Shown: positions 1-10,669 of the stretch, in pieces | Layout: each line of letters begins with the position of its first letter | How positions within the stretch are numbered: position 1 is the first letter of the stretch | Origin: a virus | Length of the DNA stretch: 64,000 nt | Direction: 5' to 3' (one strand) | Virus record (IMG/VR): IMGVR_UViG_3300009370_000003 | Notes under the pieces: model-generated | The model's database searches: none | The model's input: the letters and a program-made list of their open reading frames with translations, nothing else | Told to the model about the DNA's origin: nothing | Program-made: the position numbers and the translations under genes

Positions 1-965
1 TCCTCTAGCATTGACATGTGTTTTCTATCGTCCTTGATTTCACCTGTCTCTGCATTATACACGAGTTTATTTCTATACTTGTGCATAACATCTGTAAGGT
101 ATTGTTCTGCCTTTGCTTTTGGCAAGTTACCAACATCAATGTAGAAGATTCTCCTCTCAGGAGCCCTTGAAATCCTATAGATAACAAGTGCATCTTCCAT
201 CATTGCTAACTGGTTTGCAGTCTTCAATGCCTTGTGTAGATAACCTATGACTACATTCCTTGTGTAGTCTAGTAATCCACTGGTTGTGTAAGTTACTGCT
301 TCAGGTGCAATCTTAACGGTTGAACCTTCCATTGCAGATGTCTTATCAAAACCTTTGTCGTTAAAGACATAGAACTCTTCGACTTTCTCTACTCGTTCTA
401 TCTTCGTCTTTGGGTCTTTACCCTTTTCGACATTTCTAACCTTCTTAATTTTAAGAGGGTCAATGTTCCTTAAATCTACGATACCTAGTTTTGGGCGTTT
501 AGTATCAACGACTTTATGGAAATAAATCCTGCCGTCAACATACCACTTTCTGAAAATTTCATGAGAGTTCGAATTGAACTTCATTAGGGATAAGATGTGT
601 GCAAACTCGTCTTGCATCTTGTTCTTGATGCTGTCCGAGAGTTTGACATCTCGGAGGTCGAGTGCAACTATTCTATCCGAAGTATCAGAAGTAATACACT
701 CATTAACTATATCTTCTATTGCTGAGTCACATTCGGGAACTAATGATGTCTCTCTGTATCTTCGAATGAGCTCAGCCTCATTCTTGATACCACCTTCCAT
801 ATCAACATAAGCACCATATGCTCCGCCAGATATATATCCAGCTTGTTGTTGAATGACTGGAGTGCCATCATCGTCAATAGGAGGCACAAACGATTTTGCC
901 GTTTGTGTTTCCTTGACTCGTAACTCGTCTTTCTTCCGAGTTATTTCAAACCCAAATAATTCCAT
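1..965 (-). CDS. gp20: Portal vertex protein (partial, runs off window start)
   Basis: Not in the ORF track. Manual translation from ATG at 965 gives MELFGFEITRKKDELRVKETQTAKSFVPPIDDDG...EAELIRRYRETSLVPECDSAIEDIVNE, typical of a T4-like gp20 N-terminus. Directly follows gp19. Confidence 0.93.
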   Translation of the reverse strand, partial: MELFGFEITRKKDELRVKETQTAKSFVPPIDDDGTPVIQQQAGYISGGAYGAYVDMEGGIKNEAELIRRYRETSLVPECDSAIEDIVNECITSDTSDRIVALDLRDVKLSDSIKNKMQDEFAHILSLMKFNSNSHEIFRKWYVDGRIYFHKVVDTKRPKLGIVDLRNIDPLKIKKVRNVEKGKDPKTKIERVEKVEEFYVFNDKGFDKTSAMEGSTVKIAPEAVTYTTSGLLDYTRNVVIGYLHKALKTANQLAMMEDALVIYRISRAPERRIFYIDVGNLPKAKAEQYLTDVMHKYRNKLVYNAETGEIKDDRKHMSMLE

Positions 966-1007
966 AATATTATTTATGCCTCGCTAACCGAGGTTATGTC
1001 ACTGTAA

Positions 1008-1505
1008 TTACTTGACTCTTTCCCAATGAGAATATGTGAAATCAACTGTAAACTCCTCTAATGCATCTACTGTTTCGTAATTTAATTCGATAGCAGCAAT
1101 GTTTTTAGGGAACATGTTGAAGAACTCATATCTCGCGAGAACAGCGTCGTCTTTACCTAATTGTTCGACAAACGCTCTTGAGAGTAGGTAATCATTACTT
1201 GCCATACCTACACCTGAATCAAGTTCTTGAATGTCTTGTTGCCAAGCTTCGAGACCACTTCTAGCACTGAATTCAGAATCATTGATTACGGTAATTGACC
1301 AATCTTCGAATGTCCTGTCTCCAGCTAATTTGAGAATATGTCCTCTAAAGTTTAATGCAATTTCACCTAGGGTCGCAGCTGGTATATTTGCAGCCTTACA
1401 TAGGAACTCAATCCTATTGCCTGCTCTAGGAATGAAGACTCTGAAACGGTTAGGTCTTGGGCCACCACCAATCAGTTGTGCTTTAAATTCATCTATTGTT
1501 GCCAT
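1008..1505 (-). CDS. gp19: Tail tube protein
   Basis: GGPRPNRFRV, LAGDRTFEDWSITVIND and EEFTVDFTYSHW motifs; lies between gp18 and gp20. Confidence 0.95.
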   Translation of the reverse strand: MATIDEFKAQLIGGGPRPNRFRVFIPRAGNRIEFLCKAANIPAATLGEIALNFRGHILKLAGDRTFEDWSITVINDSEFSARSGLEAWQQDIQELDSGVGMASNDYLLSRAFVEQLGKDDAVLARYEFFNMFPKNIAAIELNYETVDALEEFTVDFTYSHWERVK

Positions 1506-1515
1506 TCTTTACTCC

Positions 1516-3489
1516 TTAAACTGCTCCGTAGATTTCTTCAAACTCAACCCCTGACCTTGCAGCCACGAAGTTAAGAGTGATAAAGTTAATACTTCTAGCA
1601 GGTTTAACAAAGATAGAACATACAAATTCGTTTCTATCAATAACACTATCCGTGTTGTTTGTTTCGTCACATAATACTGTGAAATCTACTAGGCCTCTTC
1701 TGTTCTTAACATCTCTTAAGAAAGGTTCTACAGCAGCTCTAAACTGTGCTCTTGTGAATGCATCATTGAATTCAAAGAGTTGTGATTTAGCAGCTGTTGC
1801 TATTGCCTTCTCTAAAACGATGAACAGCCTTCTAACATTTATTCTGTCAAATGCTGAAGGACTTGTTAATGCAGTCTTATCTCCGAAGAGAACTGTTCCT
1901 TGGCCGGGAAATGTGCATATAGGATTGATTCTTGCACTGTATAAATCATCTCTAGATGATTGTGATGGGTTAAATGCAAGTTTAGTTATTCCTAGATACT
2001 GACCTCTAGAGAATCCCGCTGGTGAATACCAAGGGTCTCGTAATAGGTCTGCTCTGGCCATGATACCTGCTGTATGTCCGTTGCCAGGCACCCAAACATA
2101 TCTGTCATTGTATCTGTCATACTGGTATACCCAGCCTGAATCTAGAACTGCATAAGAACTTGAAGTTACACTTGAAAAATCAGTTGTAACATTTGAACTT
2201 TGAGTTGATTCAGAAGTGACATTAACGACTGATGCTTTTCTAGGTGAAGCAATTACCATACAGTCTTTTCGGTTTTCTGCAATCTGAATTAATTGATTGA
2301 CGATAGTGTTGTGGTCTGCTACTATGTCTCCGTTAGAGGTTCTAGTTGAACCTGTTACTAAGAAACTAACATCTACTGTTTCGGAATCTCCGAAATTATC
2401 TACATATCCAGCATATTTTACTGCTGGTGTAGGTAATGTTCCGTCAGCTCCGTTTGCCAATGATGAGGATATTGGTGCTGAAGGTCTGCCGAATGCAGTG
2501 CTTCCTGAAGCTGCGTGAGTTGTCACACTGTTATTTGCAGCGTGAGTTGATGTTGAGTGACCAGTCCACCAAATCCATTTGGATTGATTATTGATTACAG
2601 TTTTGTAGTAGTTTGAAGCACCTTCTGAATTTTTTGCATCAGAAGCACAAGAAACAAATCCGTAAGATTCTAAAATCTCGTTTTGTTTTCCTGAAATTAC
2701 TCCGTCTTCGTCTACTACGACTACATGAATCTCGTCTGCACTACCTGATACTGCTGTTGCAGATGCAGATGTGCCGGGTGCTTTATCAAATTTGTTATAA
2801 AACTCCCAATATCTGTGAACTTGTGTTGCGTTAGCTACTGCGGTAACTAACCCAGTTCCAGCTGGTTGGTTAAGGGCTTCTACGGTTATTGTTCCTGTTG
2901 CTTTTGCTGTCACTCTATATTCTTGAGTGTCAGTCCCAAACCTAACTATATCTCTAATTTGGAAACCTGTTTCAGCAGTTACACTGATAACAGTTTGTCC
3001 TATAGCTTCTGCTTCGTCAGTAGTAGTCACATTGTCATTGTAATATGCATCACTTGATGCACAAACACTAACCTTTAATGAATTACCGATTGCGCCGGGA
3101 TATTTTGCAGTCCATGCCCCAACCGTTCCAGCAGCACCACCGTCTTCATGAGACGATTGATACCCTGAAAGGTTTTTAATACTTGCATCGGTGTCTCCAC
3201 CTATGTTTGCATTGTAAGCTGTTGAACTGGCAACACGAACAACTCTTAATGATGAACCATATCGTAAGAAAGCCTCTGCAGAATAGAAATCCTCTGCACC
3301 AGCGTCTGTGTCTGCTGGTGTAAAGAAGGTATCTACTAAACCTACGCTATCTGAAACTGATACTACTTCATCAACAGGGCCCCATCTAAATGAACCCGCG
3401 AATCCTCCAGTTGTGGAAGATACTGCAGGCACAACATTTGTCAAGTCTACTTCTTTGACCTGAACGCCTGGTGATACTTGAAATGCCAT
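1516..3489 (-). CDS. gp18: Tail sheath protein
   Basis: N-terminal SPGVQVKEVDLT; PWYSPAG; C-terminal FDRINVRRLF and IFVKPARSINFITLNFVA. Confidence 0.97.
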   Translation of the reverse strand: MAFQVSPGVQVKEVDLTNVVPAVSSTTGGFAGSFRWGPVDEVVSVSDSVGLVDTFFTPADTDAGAEDFYSAEAFLRYGSSLRVVRVASSTAYNANIGGDTDASIKNLSGYQSSHEDGGAAGTVGAWTAKYPGAIGNSLKVSVCASSDAYYNDNVTTTDEAEAIGQTVISVTAETGFQIRDIVRFGTDTQEYRVTAKATGTITVEALNQPAGTGLVTAVANATQVHRYWEFYNKFDKAPGTSASATAVSGSADEIHVVVVDEDGVISGKQNEILESYGFVSCASDAKNSEGASNYYKTVINNQSKWIWWTGHSTSTHAANNSVTTHAASGSTAFGRPSAPISSSLANGADGTLPTPAVKYAGYVDNFGDSETVDVSFLVTGSTRTSNGDIVADHNTIVNQLIQIAENRKDCMVIASPRKASVVNVTSESTQSSNVTTDFSSVTSSSYAVLDSGWVYQYDRYNDRYVWVPGNGHTAGIMARADLLRDPWYSPAGFSRGQYLGITKLAFNPSQSSRDDLYSARINPICTFPGQGTVLFGDKTALTSPSAFDRINVRRLFIVLEKAIATAAKSQLFEFNDAFTRAQFRAAVEPFLRDVKNRRGLVDFTVLCDETNNTDSVIDRNEFVCSIFVKPARSINFITLNFVAARSGVEFEEIYGAV

Positions 3490-3527
3490 ACTTTTCTCCT
3501 GTTAATGTAAAAAGTTGTTTACTGTTT

Positions 3528-3535
3528 TATTTATA
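3528..3535 (-). promoter_or_regulatory. T4-type late promoter TATAAATA upstream of gp18
   Basis: Exact TATAAATA on the minus strand about 40 nt before the gp18 start. Confidence 0.8.
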
Positions 3536-3555
3536 ACTTTCTTAACTCTAATGAA

Positions 3556-5160
3556 CTACCAATTTATTTCGTTTTCCATATCTTTGTTAAACCAACGGTC
3601 TCCTTCATCATCAACGAAGGTAGTCTCTTCGGGTCTTTCTTCTCCGAAAACACCAGCTGGTAAGACATCATCTTCTATCAACTTCTGTTGTTCGGCATAC
3701 AATAAGTCTTTGACTTGTGTATCCGTAAGGTGATAAAAGTATTCAGTAGTAATAAACCAACTGAATAATACGAGATTCATAACCATATCATCATGGTATC
3801 CTCTGTCAGCTTCAAAGGAATTTCCTTTTGTGACAAAGGTCATAAGTTCTGTTATAGTAGCACGGTCTACAACTGTTAGTCGGGTTTCTTCTAATAATTC
3901 TTTAAGAGTAGAACAACCGACTCGTTTAATTTTTCTGTTTACTGTGACCCCAATATCTTCTGCTTTTAATAAACCTTGAGTAAAAACATTGGGATATTCT
4001 ATATCATAGTGCAACTGATTTGCTACCATTGCACCTTCTGCGTTGTTTTCTATAATAACTAACGCCTCATTATATGTCCTTACATACTTATTTATAATAT
4101 CAGGAAACAGCATGGGACTTATCATACTATCCCTGTATGTTGCAACCTGTTCAAAAGGTTTCGTAGATACATCAATTACGGTAAAGGTGGAGTGATCCAT
4201 ACCTCTTCCTTTTGCAACATCTACTGTGCAGATGTATTCATGACCTTCCTTTGGTCTTTTATATATGTTGACCCCGTCTCTATGCCATTCAGGTTCCCAT
4301 GCTTTCATACCTAACAAGGTATCTGCATTAATAAGTGTATTTCCTGTTCCTAAGAAACTATTACCATACTCTTGTTCGAACTGAGCCTCCGAGGTATTTG
4401 CAATGGTCATTGCTTTCCATTCTTCATCTCGGTCTGGCACATCAAACCAGTTTATAATAAAATGTCTATATTCTGATTGTTCATGTACTGCAGATTCATA
4501 TATTTTATGAAACATATTACCCACACCATTTGCAGTTGAGGTTATAATCACCTTTGAATCTTTACCTGATGTGATAACGGGATATGTTGCAGTATAGAAT
4601 GTATCTGCATCTTCTACGAAAGCGAACTCATCTAGATACAACATATTGATTGACATACCACGAATTGAACTTGAACTCGTTGCAGCTGCAACTACTTTAG
4701 AATCATTTGAAAATTCTATTGAACCCTTGTTAAGAATCTTAACGCCGGGCTGTAAGAAAAATGGAACAGACTCTAACATGGTCACGATTCTCGCAATCAT
4801 TTCCCTCGCAATAGCACCTTTGTTTGCAAGAACAGCAACAGTTACTTCGGGGTGAAATAAGAGATACCACAATAAGAATGCACAAGAAGTGATTGATTTG
4901 CCTGATTGTCTTGCAGCCAATACTACACTAAATCGATTATCATTATAATGGTCTATTAAGTCTTCTTGATATCCACGAAGTGCAAAAGGAACCATACCTT
5001 CGTCTAGGGATATAATCTGTGTATATGATTCAATGAAATGTTTAGGGTCTTTAGAACACTTCATATATTCTTCCAACTGTTCTTTGGTATACTGCTCTTC
5101 AACACCAGCTCGTTTAATGAGTGTGTTTCCGAGGTATCCTTCGTTAGTTGGTTTAACCAT
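3556..5160 (-). CDS. gp17: Terminase large subunit
   Basis: Walker A ARQSGKS, Walker B LYLDEFAF, nuclease motifs TVDVAKG and HDDMVM. Confidence 0.97.
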   Translation of the reverse strand: MVKPTNEGYLGNTLIKRAGVEEQYTKEQLEEYMKCSKDPKHFIESYTQIISLDEGMVPFALRGYQEDLIDHYNDNRFSVVLAARQSGKSITSCAFLLWYLLFHPEVTVAVLANKGAIAREMIARIVTMLESVPFFLQPGVKILNKGSIEFSNDSKVVAAATSSSSIRGMSINMLYLDEFAFVEDADTFYTATYPVITSGKDSKVIITSTANGVGNMFHKIYESAVHEQSEYRHFIINWFDVPDRDEEWKAMTIANTSEAQFEQEYGNSFLGTGNTLINADTLLGMKAWEPEWHRDGVNIYKRPKEGHEYICTVDVAKGRGMDHSTFTVIDVSTKPFEQVATYRDSMISPMLFPDIINKYVRTYNEALVIIENNAEGAMVANQLHYDIEYPNVFTQGLLKAEDIGVTVNRKIKRVGCSTLKELLEETRLTVVDRATITELMTFVTKGNSFEADRGYHDDMVMNLVLFSWFITTEYFYHLTDTQVKDLLYAEQQKLIEDDVLPAGVFGEERPEETTFVDDEGDRWFNKDMENEINW

Positions 5161-5605
5161 TTATTCGTTCCATTTCTTTAAATGCTCTTTGGTGCTTTTG
5201 ATAGAATTCGCTCATAAAATCGTTACCCTTTATCTGTAATTTATCACCATACAAATATAAATTAGCTTTGGGCAACTCTCCTTGGTTATAATCTCCCCAC
5301 CTTATATCCCAATTAGGATATAAACCTCTAGTATATACTACTGGCCAGAATTCCTTTTCCACTCCTATAATCTTTTTTGCACCATATATGTCTGCAATGT
5401 GTCCTAATAAACCAATCCCACTTCCTAAAATACATACAATTTTATCTTTAAAATCAAACTCTCTTTCAAGTTTTGAAATATTTACGGTCTTGTTCCAGTA
5501 GTTTGTATACTTTCTTGTCATAAATCCAAGAGACATTACCCACAATGGGTGGTCTTCTGTTACTGGTGGTATCTTAGTTTGGTAGTCTTTAGCTATCCTG
5601 AACAT
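5153..5605 (-). CDS. Putative class I SAM-dependent methyltransferase-like protein
   Basis: Motif I-like VCILGSGIGLLG followed by IIGVE. Overlaps both gp16 and gp17. Confidence 0.55.
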   Translation of the reverse strand: MFRIAKDYQTKIPPVTEDHPLWVMSLGFMTRKYTNYWNKTVNISKLEREFDFKDKIVCILGSGIGLLGHIADIYGAKKIIGVEKEFWPVVYTRGLYPNWDIRWGDYNQGELPKANLYLYGDKLQIKGNDFMSEFYQKHQRAFKEMERING

Positions 5606-6002
5606 CTTTTTTAGACTCTTTCTTTAAGAACTTCTGCAACTCATGAGTTGACCCCACATATAAGTGATTGTGCTGTGTTCTTACAGAATCATTCTCCTTT
5701 TCTAAATCCTTTAATTTCTTTTGTATGTCTATTAACTTTTCAGCAGTTTCAGATACAGTTTTAATTAACTGGCCGGCAACCTCATATGCACGAGGGTGTT
5801 CCGTTTCTTTGGAGAGTTCTAGTATGCCGTCTATGGCGTCTTGGCCCCGTTCTACAAGGTCGTAGAGGTTCTCACGGGCATACCTGTAGTCTGTTTCAAT
5901 GTTCTTTTCTCTATCAGGAACCTTGACTAACTTGGTTTCTTGTTTGATATTAGAACTAATATCTAGAAGATCATCTAATTTTTCGTCTATTTCTTTTGCC
6001 AT
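5589..6002 (-). CDS. gp16: Terminase small subunit
   Basis: DYRYARENLY, HPRAYEVAGQLIK and YVGSTHELQK motifs of marine T4-like gp16. Confidence 0.93.
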   Translation of the reverse strand: MAKEIDEKLDDLLDISSNIKQETKLVKVPDREKNIETDYRYARENLYDLVERGQDAIDGILELSKETEHPRAYEVAGQLIKTVSETAEKLIDIQKKLKDLEKENDSVRTQHNHLYVGSTHELQKFLKKESKKDVQDS

Positions 6003-6004
6003 AA

Positions 6005-7048
6005 TTAACTATCACCAGCCGTATCCTCAGCATATGTAGAGGTCGTGCCTTCATCATAAAAAGTCACCGTTTCAGCAACCACAAATGTATCGGTTGGGTC
6101 AACTGAACCAACAAACTTCAATGTAGTGCCTGCATCAATAGTAATTGCACTACTCAATACCATATTAGTTCCATTTTCAGCTCTAGAAACAATGGTTGGG
6201 TTAGTTGCTAAGTTTGTTCCAAACACTTCATCACCTACACTTATCTTACTATTTATTGCCGTAGCAAAGGTCACTGTCGTGGAATTGGATACTGCATTTG
6301 CAGTCTCACCAAAAGCTGGTTCATAATGTTTAACTTCTTTAACCAACCCTGAACCTTGAATTTCACTTGTAGTAAATCCAGTCTGAACTTGGTCATTAAT
6401 ATATGTTCTTTCAATAACATTTTTAATAACTTCTCCAGTATAAACTGGGCCGAAGAAGTATAACTTCATAGTAAACTCTAGGGTATATTCTATAACCCTT
6501 CTTTCTTCGAATGCACCTTCATACATATCTTCCATTGTTACAGAATTTAATATGACTGGAACATCTCTCACTTCGTCCATGCTGTCTACCATTTTCATTG
6601 CAACGGTATACTCGGGTTGGAAATATGGAAGTATTTGTTCTACTACCTGAATTGCATCAATAACATTCTTTGCAAGAACAGAAAGGGAAAAAGATAAATT
6701 ATAAGGTGCTGGTTGATATTGGAAACCTCTCTTTCCACCAGTTTCTAATAGTCTTTTTTCAGCTCTTATTAATTTGTTTTGTTGTCTTGTTGAGTCGTAT
6801 TCTAATCCTGTAAGTTCAAATGCAATCCGAGGTAATGAGATAGAAGTCACACTTCCGTCTCTTGCTTTTGCATCGTCTTGTAGTCTTAATAAAAACTTTT
6901 GCTTTGGGCCATAGGATATCGGGACAATTTGCTGTGTTAATACAGTTCCGTCTGATTGTGTTTTCTTAATGTAGATATTATTAAATAGAGTTCCAAAGAT
7001 TGATATGGCTCTTTTAATAGTCTCGTTGTAAAAATATGTTCCGAACAT
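6005..7048 (-). CDS. gp15: Tail sheath stabiliser / tail completion protein
   Basis: MFGTYFYNETIKR, VPISYGPKQKFL, EQILPYFQP. Has a beta-rich C-terminal extension. Confidence 0.93.
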   Translation of the reverse strand: MFGTYFYNETIKRAISIFGTLFNNIYIKKTQSDGTVLTQQIVPISYGPKQKFLLRLQDDAKARDGSVTSISLPRIAFELTGLEYDSTRQQNKLIRAEKRLLETGGKRGFQYQPAPYNLSFSLSVLAKNVIDAIQVVEQILPYFQPEYTVAMKMVDSMDEVRDVPVILNSVTMEDMYEGAFEERRVIEYTLEFTMKLYFFGPVYTGEVIKNVIERTYINDQVQTGFTTSEIQGSGLVKEVKHYEPAFGETANAVSNSTTVTFATAINSKISVGDEVFGTNLATNPTIVSRAENGTNMVLSSAITIDAGTTLKFVGSVDPTDTFVVAETVTFYDEGTTSTYAEDTAGDS

Positions 7049-7908
7049 TATGGTTCACCAAATGGATTTACTTCACTAAAGTCTAGATATGAACTATCCT
7101 TATCTTCAAATTCTTTATTCTGTGCAGAAGATAAATTGTGGAATGTTTGAGTATCTACTATCGCCCCAATCACTCTTGCAGTTGAAGAGCTCTTACCCGT
7201 GAGTGTATCTCCAACTTGTAGTGTCTTGGTGTTATCCTTAATTGTAAGTTTATTTGATTGTGGTTGCCACAAGACTACCTCACCAACTGTATATGTGACT
7301 GAATCAATAACCGTAGTTAATTCCTCTCCATGTGTAAAGTTTCCAGCACCAGTATTCATAGTCATTTCGATTGTGTAAGCTTGGTCTGCTTCTACCAAGT
7401 CTGCAGAAGTTCCAGTATCGAAATCTTCTCCACTGTATTCGAACAATGAACATCTCAACTTGAATACAAACATTTTTCCTAACTGGAAGAATGGGTCTTG
7501 GTCTTCTACAAATCTAATTTCAAATAATGACCCTGTTAATGGGAAGTATATAAGGTCTCCTTCATTGGGTCTTAATGCAACTGCAAGATTTGAGTCTAGG
7601 GAAATAAATCTTTCCCAAGTTCTTAATGATATTATGAATGTTGCTTCTTCTTGAATTTGAACACCGAATTTCGAGACTAGGTCTCCTTCTCCTTCGAACC
7701 CCTCCGTATTCTCCAAATACATATCAACACTGTATGAGTCTCCAAATCTAGCTTGGACATCTTCGGTAAATATAGTGTCTTCTTCTACTATCGTGCGAGG
7801 GAGATATAGAACATCATGACCATAGAATCGTAATGATTCAACGGTTAAGTCTTCATAGAGATGCTGTTCTGATTTTACAGCATGGTTAAAGTAAACATTC
7901 GTAGGCAT
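7048..7908 (-). CDS. gp14: Neck protein
   Basis: YGHDVLYLPR, RPNEGDLIYFP and C-terminal DFSEVNPFGEP. Confidence 0.93.
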   Translation of the reverse strand: MPTNVYFNHAVKSEQHLYEDLTVESLRFYGHDVLYLPRTIVEEDTIFTEDVQARFGDSYSVDMYLENTEGFEGEGDLVSKFGVQIQEEATFIISLRTWERFISLDSNLAVALRPNEGDLIYFPLTGSLFEIRFVEDQDPFFQLGKMFVFKLRCSLFEYSGEDFDTGTSADLVEADQAYTIEMTMNTGAGNFTHGEELTTVIDSVTYTVGEVVLWQPQSNKLTIKDNTKTLQVGDTLTGKSSSTARVIGAIVDTQTFHNLSSAQNKEFEDKDSSYLDFSEVNPFGEP

Positions 7909-7912
7909 TTAA

Positions 7913-8728
7913 TTACCCCATTAAGTCCATGACAGGAAGTTCGTAGTTAAGTCGCGACTCCTCTTCTAATCTTGTTATCTCCTCTTGTGCCTGTGATTTC
8001 ATTTCTGTCGAATCCATAGTCACTCCGCCTGGCAATGCAACTCCTTGAAACTTCGAGAGATTCTCTGCCCATTGGTATTTGACTAATGCAGTTGAATATC
8101 TTTTCAACCACATATCATCATAGATATCTGTCATGTCTGTAGGGTCAATCTTTCTAAAGCATTCTATAATAAGATACTCGCCTGCTACAAAACTGTCCAT
8201 ATCACCGTCAATGTATAGTCTATTCATATGTTGCTTATATCTAACAGGCATTTGACCTACTAAAATACTATCCATCATACTAATGTGTTGTTGCACTTGT
8301 TCGTAATATAAAATATTGGTTGCAGTTAAGTCATATAAATCATTTAACCTCATTTGATATCTAAGGTCAAACATGTTAAGATTGTGTTTATCGTTGAAAG
8401 GGAATATCTTATTTACACCCAAAACAAATTCGGGAAGAACAATATAGTTCTTTTGTTGTTTAACTACTTGATTAGCATAGTCATGAGTCCCAGCTACATT
8501 CTCTACGAATGACTCGTCTGTCTTCATGGTGGCGAGATTGTCTGCGGTAAGTTGGTGTTTTAGATAACATCTTATTGAACCGTCATAATGATACTCTTGG
8601 AAGTATTGTAATGCTTCGTCCAGTCTATCATCAAACTGCTCATCGTCCACATTAATATCAAGGACGGGCGCACCCAATTTCCTTTTTACATATTCTTTTA
8701 GTGTTGCTTTACTGTTCGGTTTTGCCAT
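7913..8728 (-). CDS. gp13: Neck protein
   Basis: LGAPVLDINVDDEQ, WLKRYSTALVKYQW, LPGGVT. Confidence 0.94.
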   Translation of the reverse strand: MAKPNSKATLKEYVKRKLGAPVLDINVDDEQFDDRLDEALQYFQEYHYDGSIRCYLKHQLTADNLATMKTDESFVENVAGTHDYANQVVKQQKNYIVLPEFVLGVNKIFPFNDKHNLNMFDLRYQMRLNDLYDLTATNILYYEQVQQHISMMDSILVGQMPVRYKQHMNRLYIDGDMDSFVAGEYLIIECFRKIDPTDMTDIYDDMWLKRYSTALVKYQWAENLSKFQGVALPGGVTMDSTEMKSQAQEEITRLEEESRLNYELPVMDLMG

Positions 8729-8755
8729 AATAGTAGTATCCCTTTCGTATACTAC

Positions 8756-8763
8756 TATTTATA
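8756..8763 (-). promoter_or_regulatory. Late promoter TATAAATA upstream of gp13
   Basis: Exact consensus about 28 nt upstream of the ATG. Confidence 0.8.
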
Positions 8764-8769
8764 CCTTTT

Positions 8770-9051
8770 CTACTCTTGGAAAAAAGTTTTATGCTGTAGA
8801 CGGTCAAGTTTCTCGTCAATCTTCTGAATTGAAGATAAAACTCTCTCAAAATCAGCCTCAATTTGTTCTCTTGTTGCGTAGTCTCTTGCTATCTCTTCAC
8901 GAGTTTTATTGACAAGAATGTCTAATCTTTTTTGTTCTGATAATACATTACGAATCAAAAACCCAAGAGGGAGAATGATTATAGTCATTATAAGATTCCA
9001 TAAGATGTATGGTGATATCGTGATTTCCATATGGTTATTTATGGAATTCAC
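8770..9051 (-). CDS. Hypothetical protein with one TM helix and a coiled coil
   Basis: Hydrophobic ILWNLIMTIIILPLGFLI followed by an amphipathic helical tail. Confidence 0.6.
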   Translation of the reverse strand: MNSINNHMEITISPYILWNLIMTIIILPLGFLIRNVLSEQKRLDILVNKTREEIARDYATREQIEADFERVLSSIQKIDEKLDRLQHKTFFQE

Positions 9052-9734
9052 TTCGTCAGTTCGCCGTCTTCTCCTATTTCAAACCTGTCCCAAGCTGTAT
9101 CAATTTCTAAAGGTTCTGACCTTCCTCCAGTCAAATATCGGGTATCTGTATTAAATGCAACACTATATCTATCCTTATTGGTTGGATTAGGTTCTACCAT
9201 ATGCATCATAGCACTAGGGAACATAAGAAGGGTTCCTGATATTGGTCGAACTTCATGTGATTCACGCTGTCTCATGTTATGTGGGAAGTCTGAAACAACT
9301 TTTGGGTCTGTATTAATTGCAACAAAATTTCCTTCGTCACCTTCAGCATGAATATATAATGCACCACTATACCAACAACCGTTATGCAAATGTGGTTTAT
9401 TCCACGCAAGGTGGTCATTAATATTAGCCCAAACATTACCAATAGTTACCTGAACTTTACTTAAATCAATACCATGAAATCGAACAATATCTTGGTTCAA
9501 TTTATCTTTCATGACTCTCAACATTTTATTCCATATTGGTCTCCGCTCAACCCCGTCATTAGATTGCCAGCCCGTATATGCGTTAGATATTCTCCGTCCT
9601 ACGGGGTCTTTGGCTCTCATGCTATCCATATCTGCTTTCAGTTGTTGCAGATATGTCTCCGTCACTAAACCTTCTTCAAGTAAGTTATACTCAAACAAAA
9701 AGGTAGGAAATAATAATCTAACTGCCATAATCAA
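9048..9734 (-). CDS. 2OG-Fe(II) oxygenase (TIGR02466-like)
   Basis: LFPT N-terminus, WANIN...NKPHLH...SGALY, LMFPSAMMHMV...RYSVAFN. Confidence 0.85.
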   Translation of the reverse strand: MIMAVRLLFPTFLFEYNLLEEGLVTETYLQQLKADMDSMRAKDPVGRRISNAYTGWQSNDGVERRPIWNKMLRVMKDKLNQDIVRFHGIDLSKVQVTIGNVWANINDHLAWNKPHLHNGCWYSGALYIHAEGDEGNFVAINTDPKVVSDFPHNMRQRESHEVRPISGTLLMFPSAMMHMVEPNPTNKDRYSVAFNTDTRYLTGGRSEPLEIDTAWDRFEIGEDGELTK

Positions 9735-10669
9735 TCTCTGTCTATATTTTCGTTAGACTCCGCACCGTCCCAGTTTAAATCTGTTTGACTTCTTTGCTTC
9801 TCAACGAAATCCATCTCTAACTGATTTTCGTCCTTTTCATGCATAGGACATTCAGGTGGAGGTGATTCTCCTTCTTTCATATGCTGAAAGAATTTACTTT
9901 TTGGATTCCATATCTTAGCCTGTCTATATCCACCAATATTTAATCGAGAGTTCGGAAGTCCAGTTTCTTCGTCCACTAACTTTAAATCTCTTTGCCATTT
10001 TTGCATCGAATTCTCTGCTATTGCATGTTCATTAAACCAAGTCTCGGACTCCCCATAGAAGTATGTCGATGCCCATTCTTCTCTTTTAAAAGGTACTACC
10101 TGTAGTATAGGAGTTCCAGTTGGAATTATGAACGAGTAATCTACCCTAGGATAGAATATGATTTGTCCGTTATCTACGCCAACATTAAATTTATCGGTAT
10201 CGATAACCCCTTGCCATACTGCAAAGTATTTATTCTGAAATAAAAACGGGTCTATAAACAAAACAGAATAGCCCGGCGGAGTTGTCATATTCCAATGAGA
10301 AGATATTTTAAATGCATCTTTAACTGGTGAATCATCAATATATTGAATAGTATCTGCAAGTTGTGCCGAAGGGTGTGATTGTGATACTTCTGTTATACCT
10401 TCTTCGACTTGCATTTCCTGACTACCGTCTGGCCAATTCCAATCTACTCCGTTTCTTACTGGAATATCCTTAGTGCAAACAATGTAATAACCCATTGTTA
10501 ACCAGTCTTGCATTGCTGGACAAGACCTAATAGTTTGAGTCAATCTACCTCTATGGTCAATTCTGACTTTCATCTTCTTCCACCATTCTGGCTGATAGTC
10601 TCTAGCTGCTATTGGTCTAAAGCTTGCATAAGACTCTTCGTCATAAGTTCTAAATTCAATCGTTGGCAT
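9731..10669 (-). CDS. Conserved phage hypothetical protein (DUF6065-like), commonly found beside 2OG oxygenases
   Basis: PEWWK, TIRSCPAMQD..TMGY, TPPGYSVLF..P, GVIDTD and GTPILQVVPFKREEW motifs. Confidence 0.6.
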   Translation of the reverse strand: MPTIEFRTYDEESYASFRPIAARDYQPEWWKKMKVRIDHRGRLTQTIRSCPAMQDWLTMGYYIVCTKDIPVRNGVDWNWPDGSQEMQVEEGITEVSQSHPSAQLADTIQYIDDSPVKDAFKISSHWNMTTPPGYSVLFIDPFLFQNKYFAVWQGVIDTDKFNVGVDNGQIIFYPRVDYSFIIPTGTPILQVVPFKREEWASTYFYGESETWFNEHAIAENSMQKWQRDLKLVDEETGLPNSRLNIGGYRQAKIWNPKSKFFQHMKEGESPPPECPMHEKDENQLEMDFVEKQRSQTDLNWDGAESNENIDRD

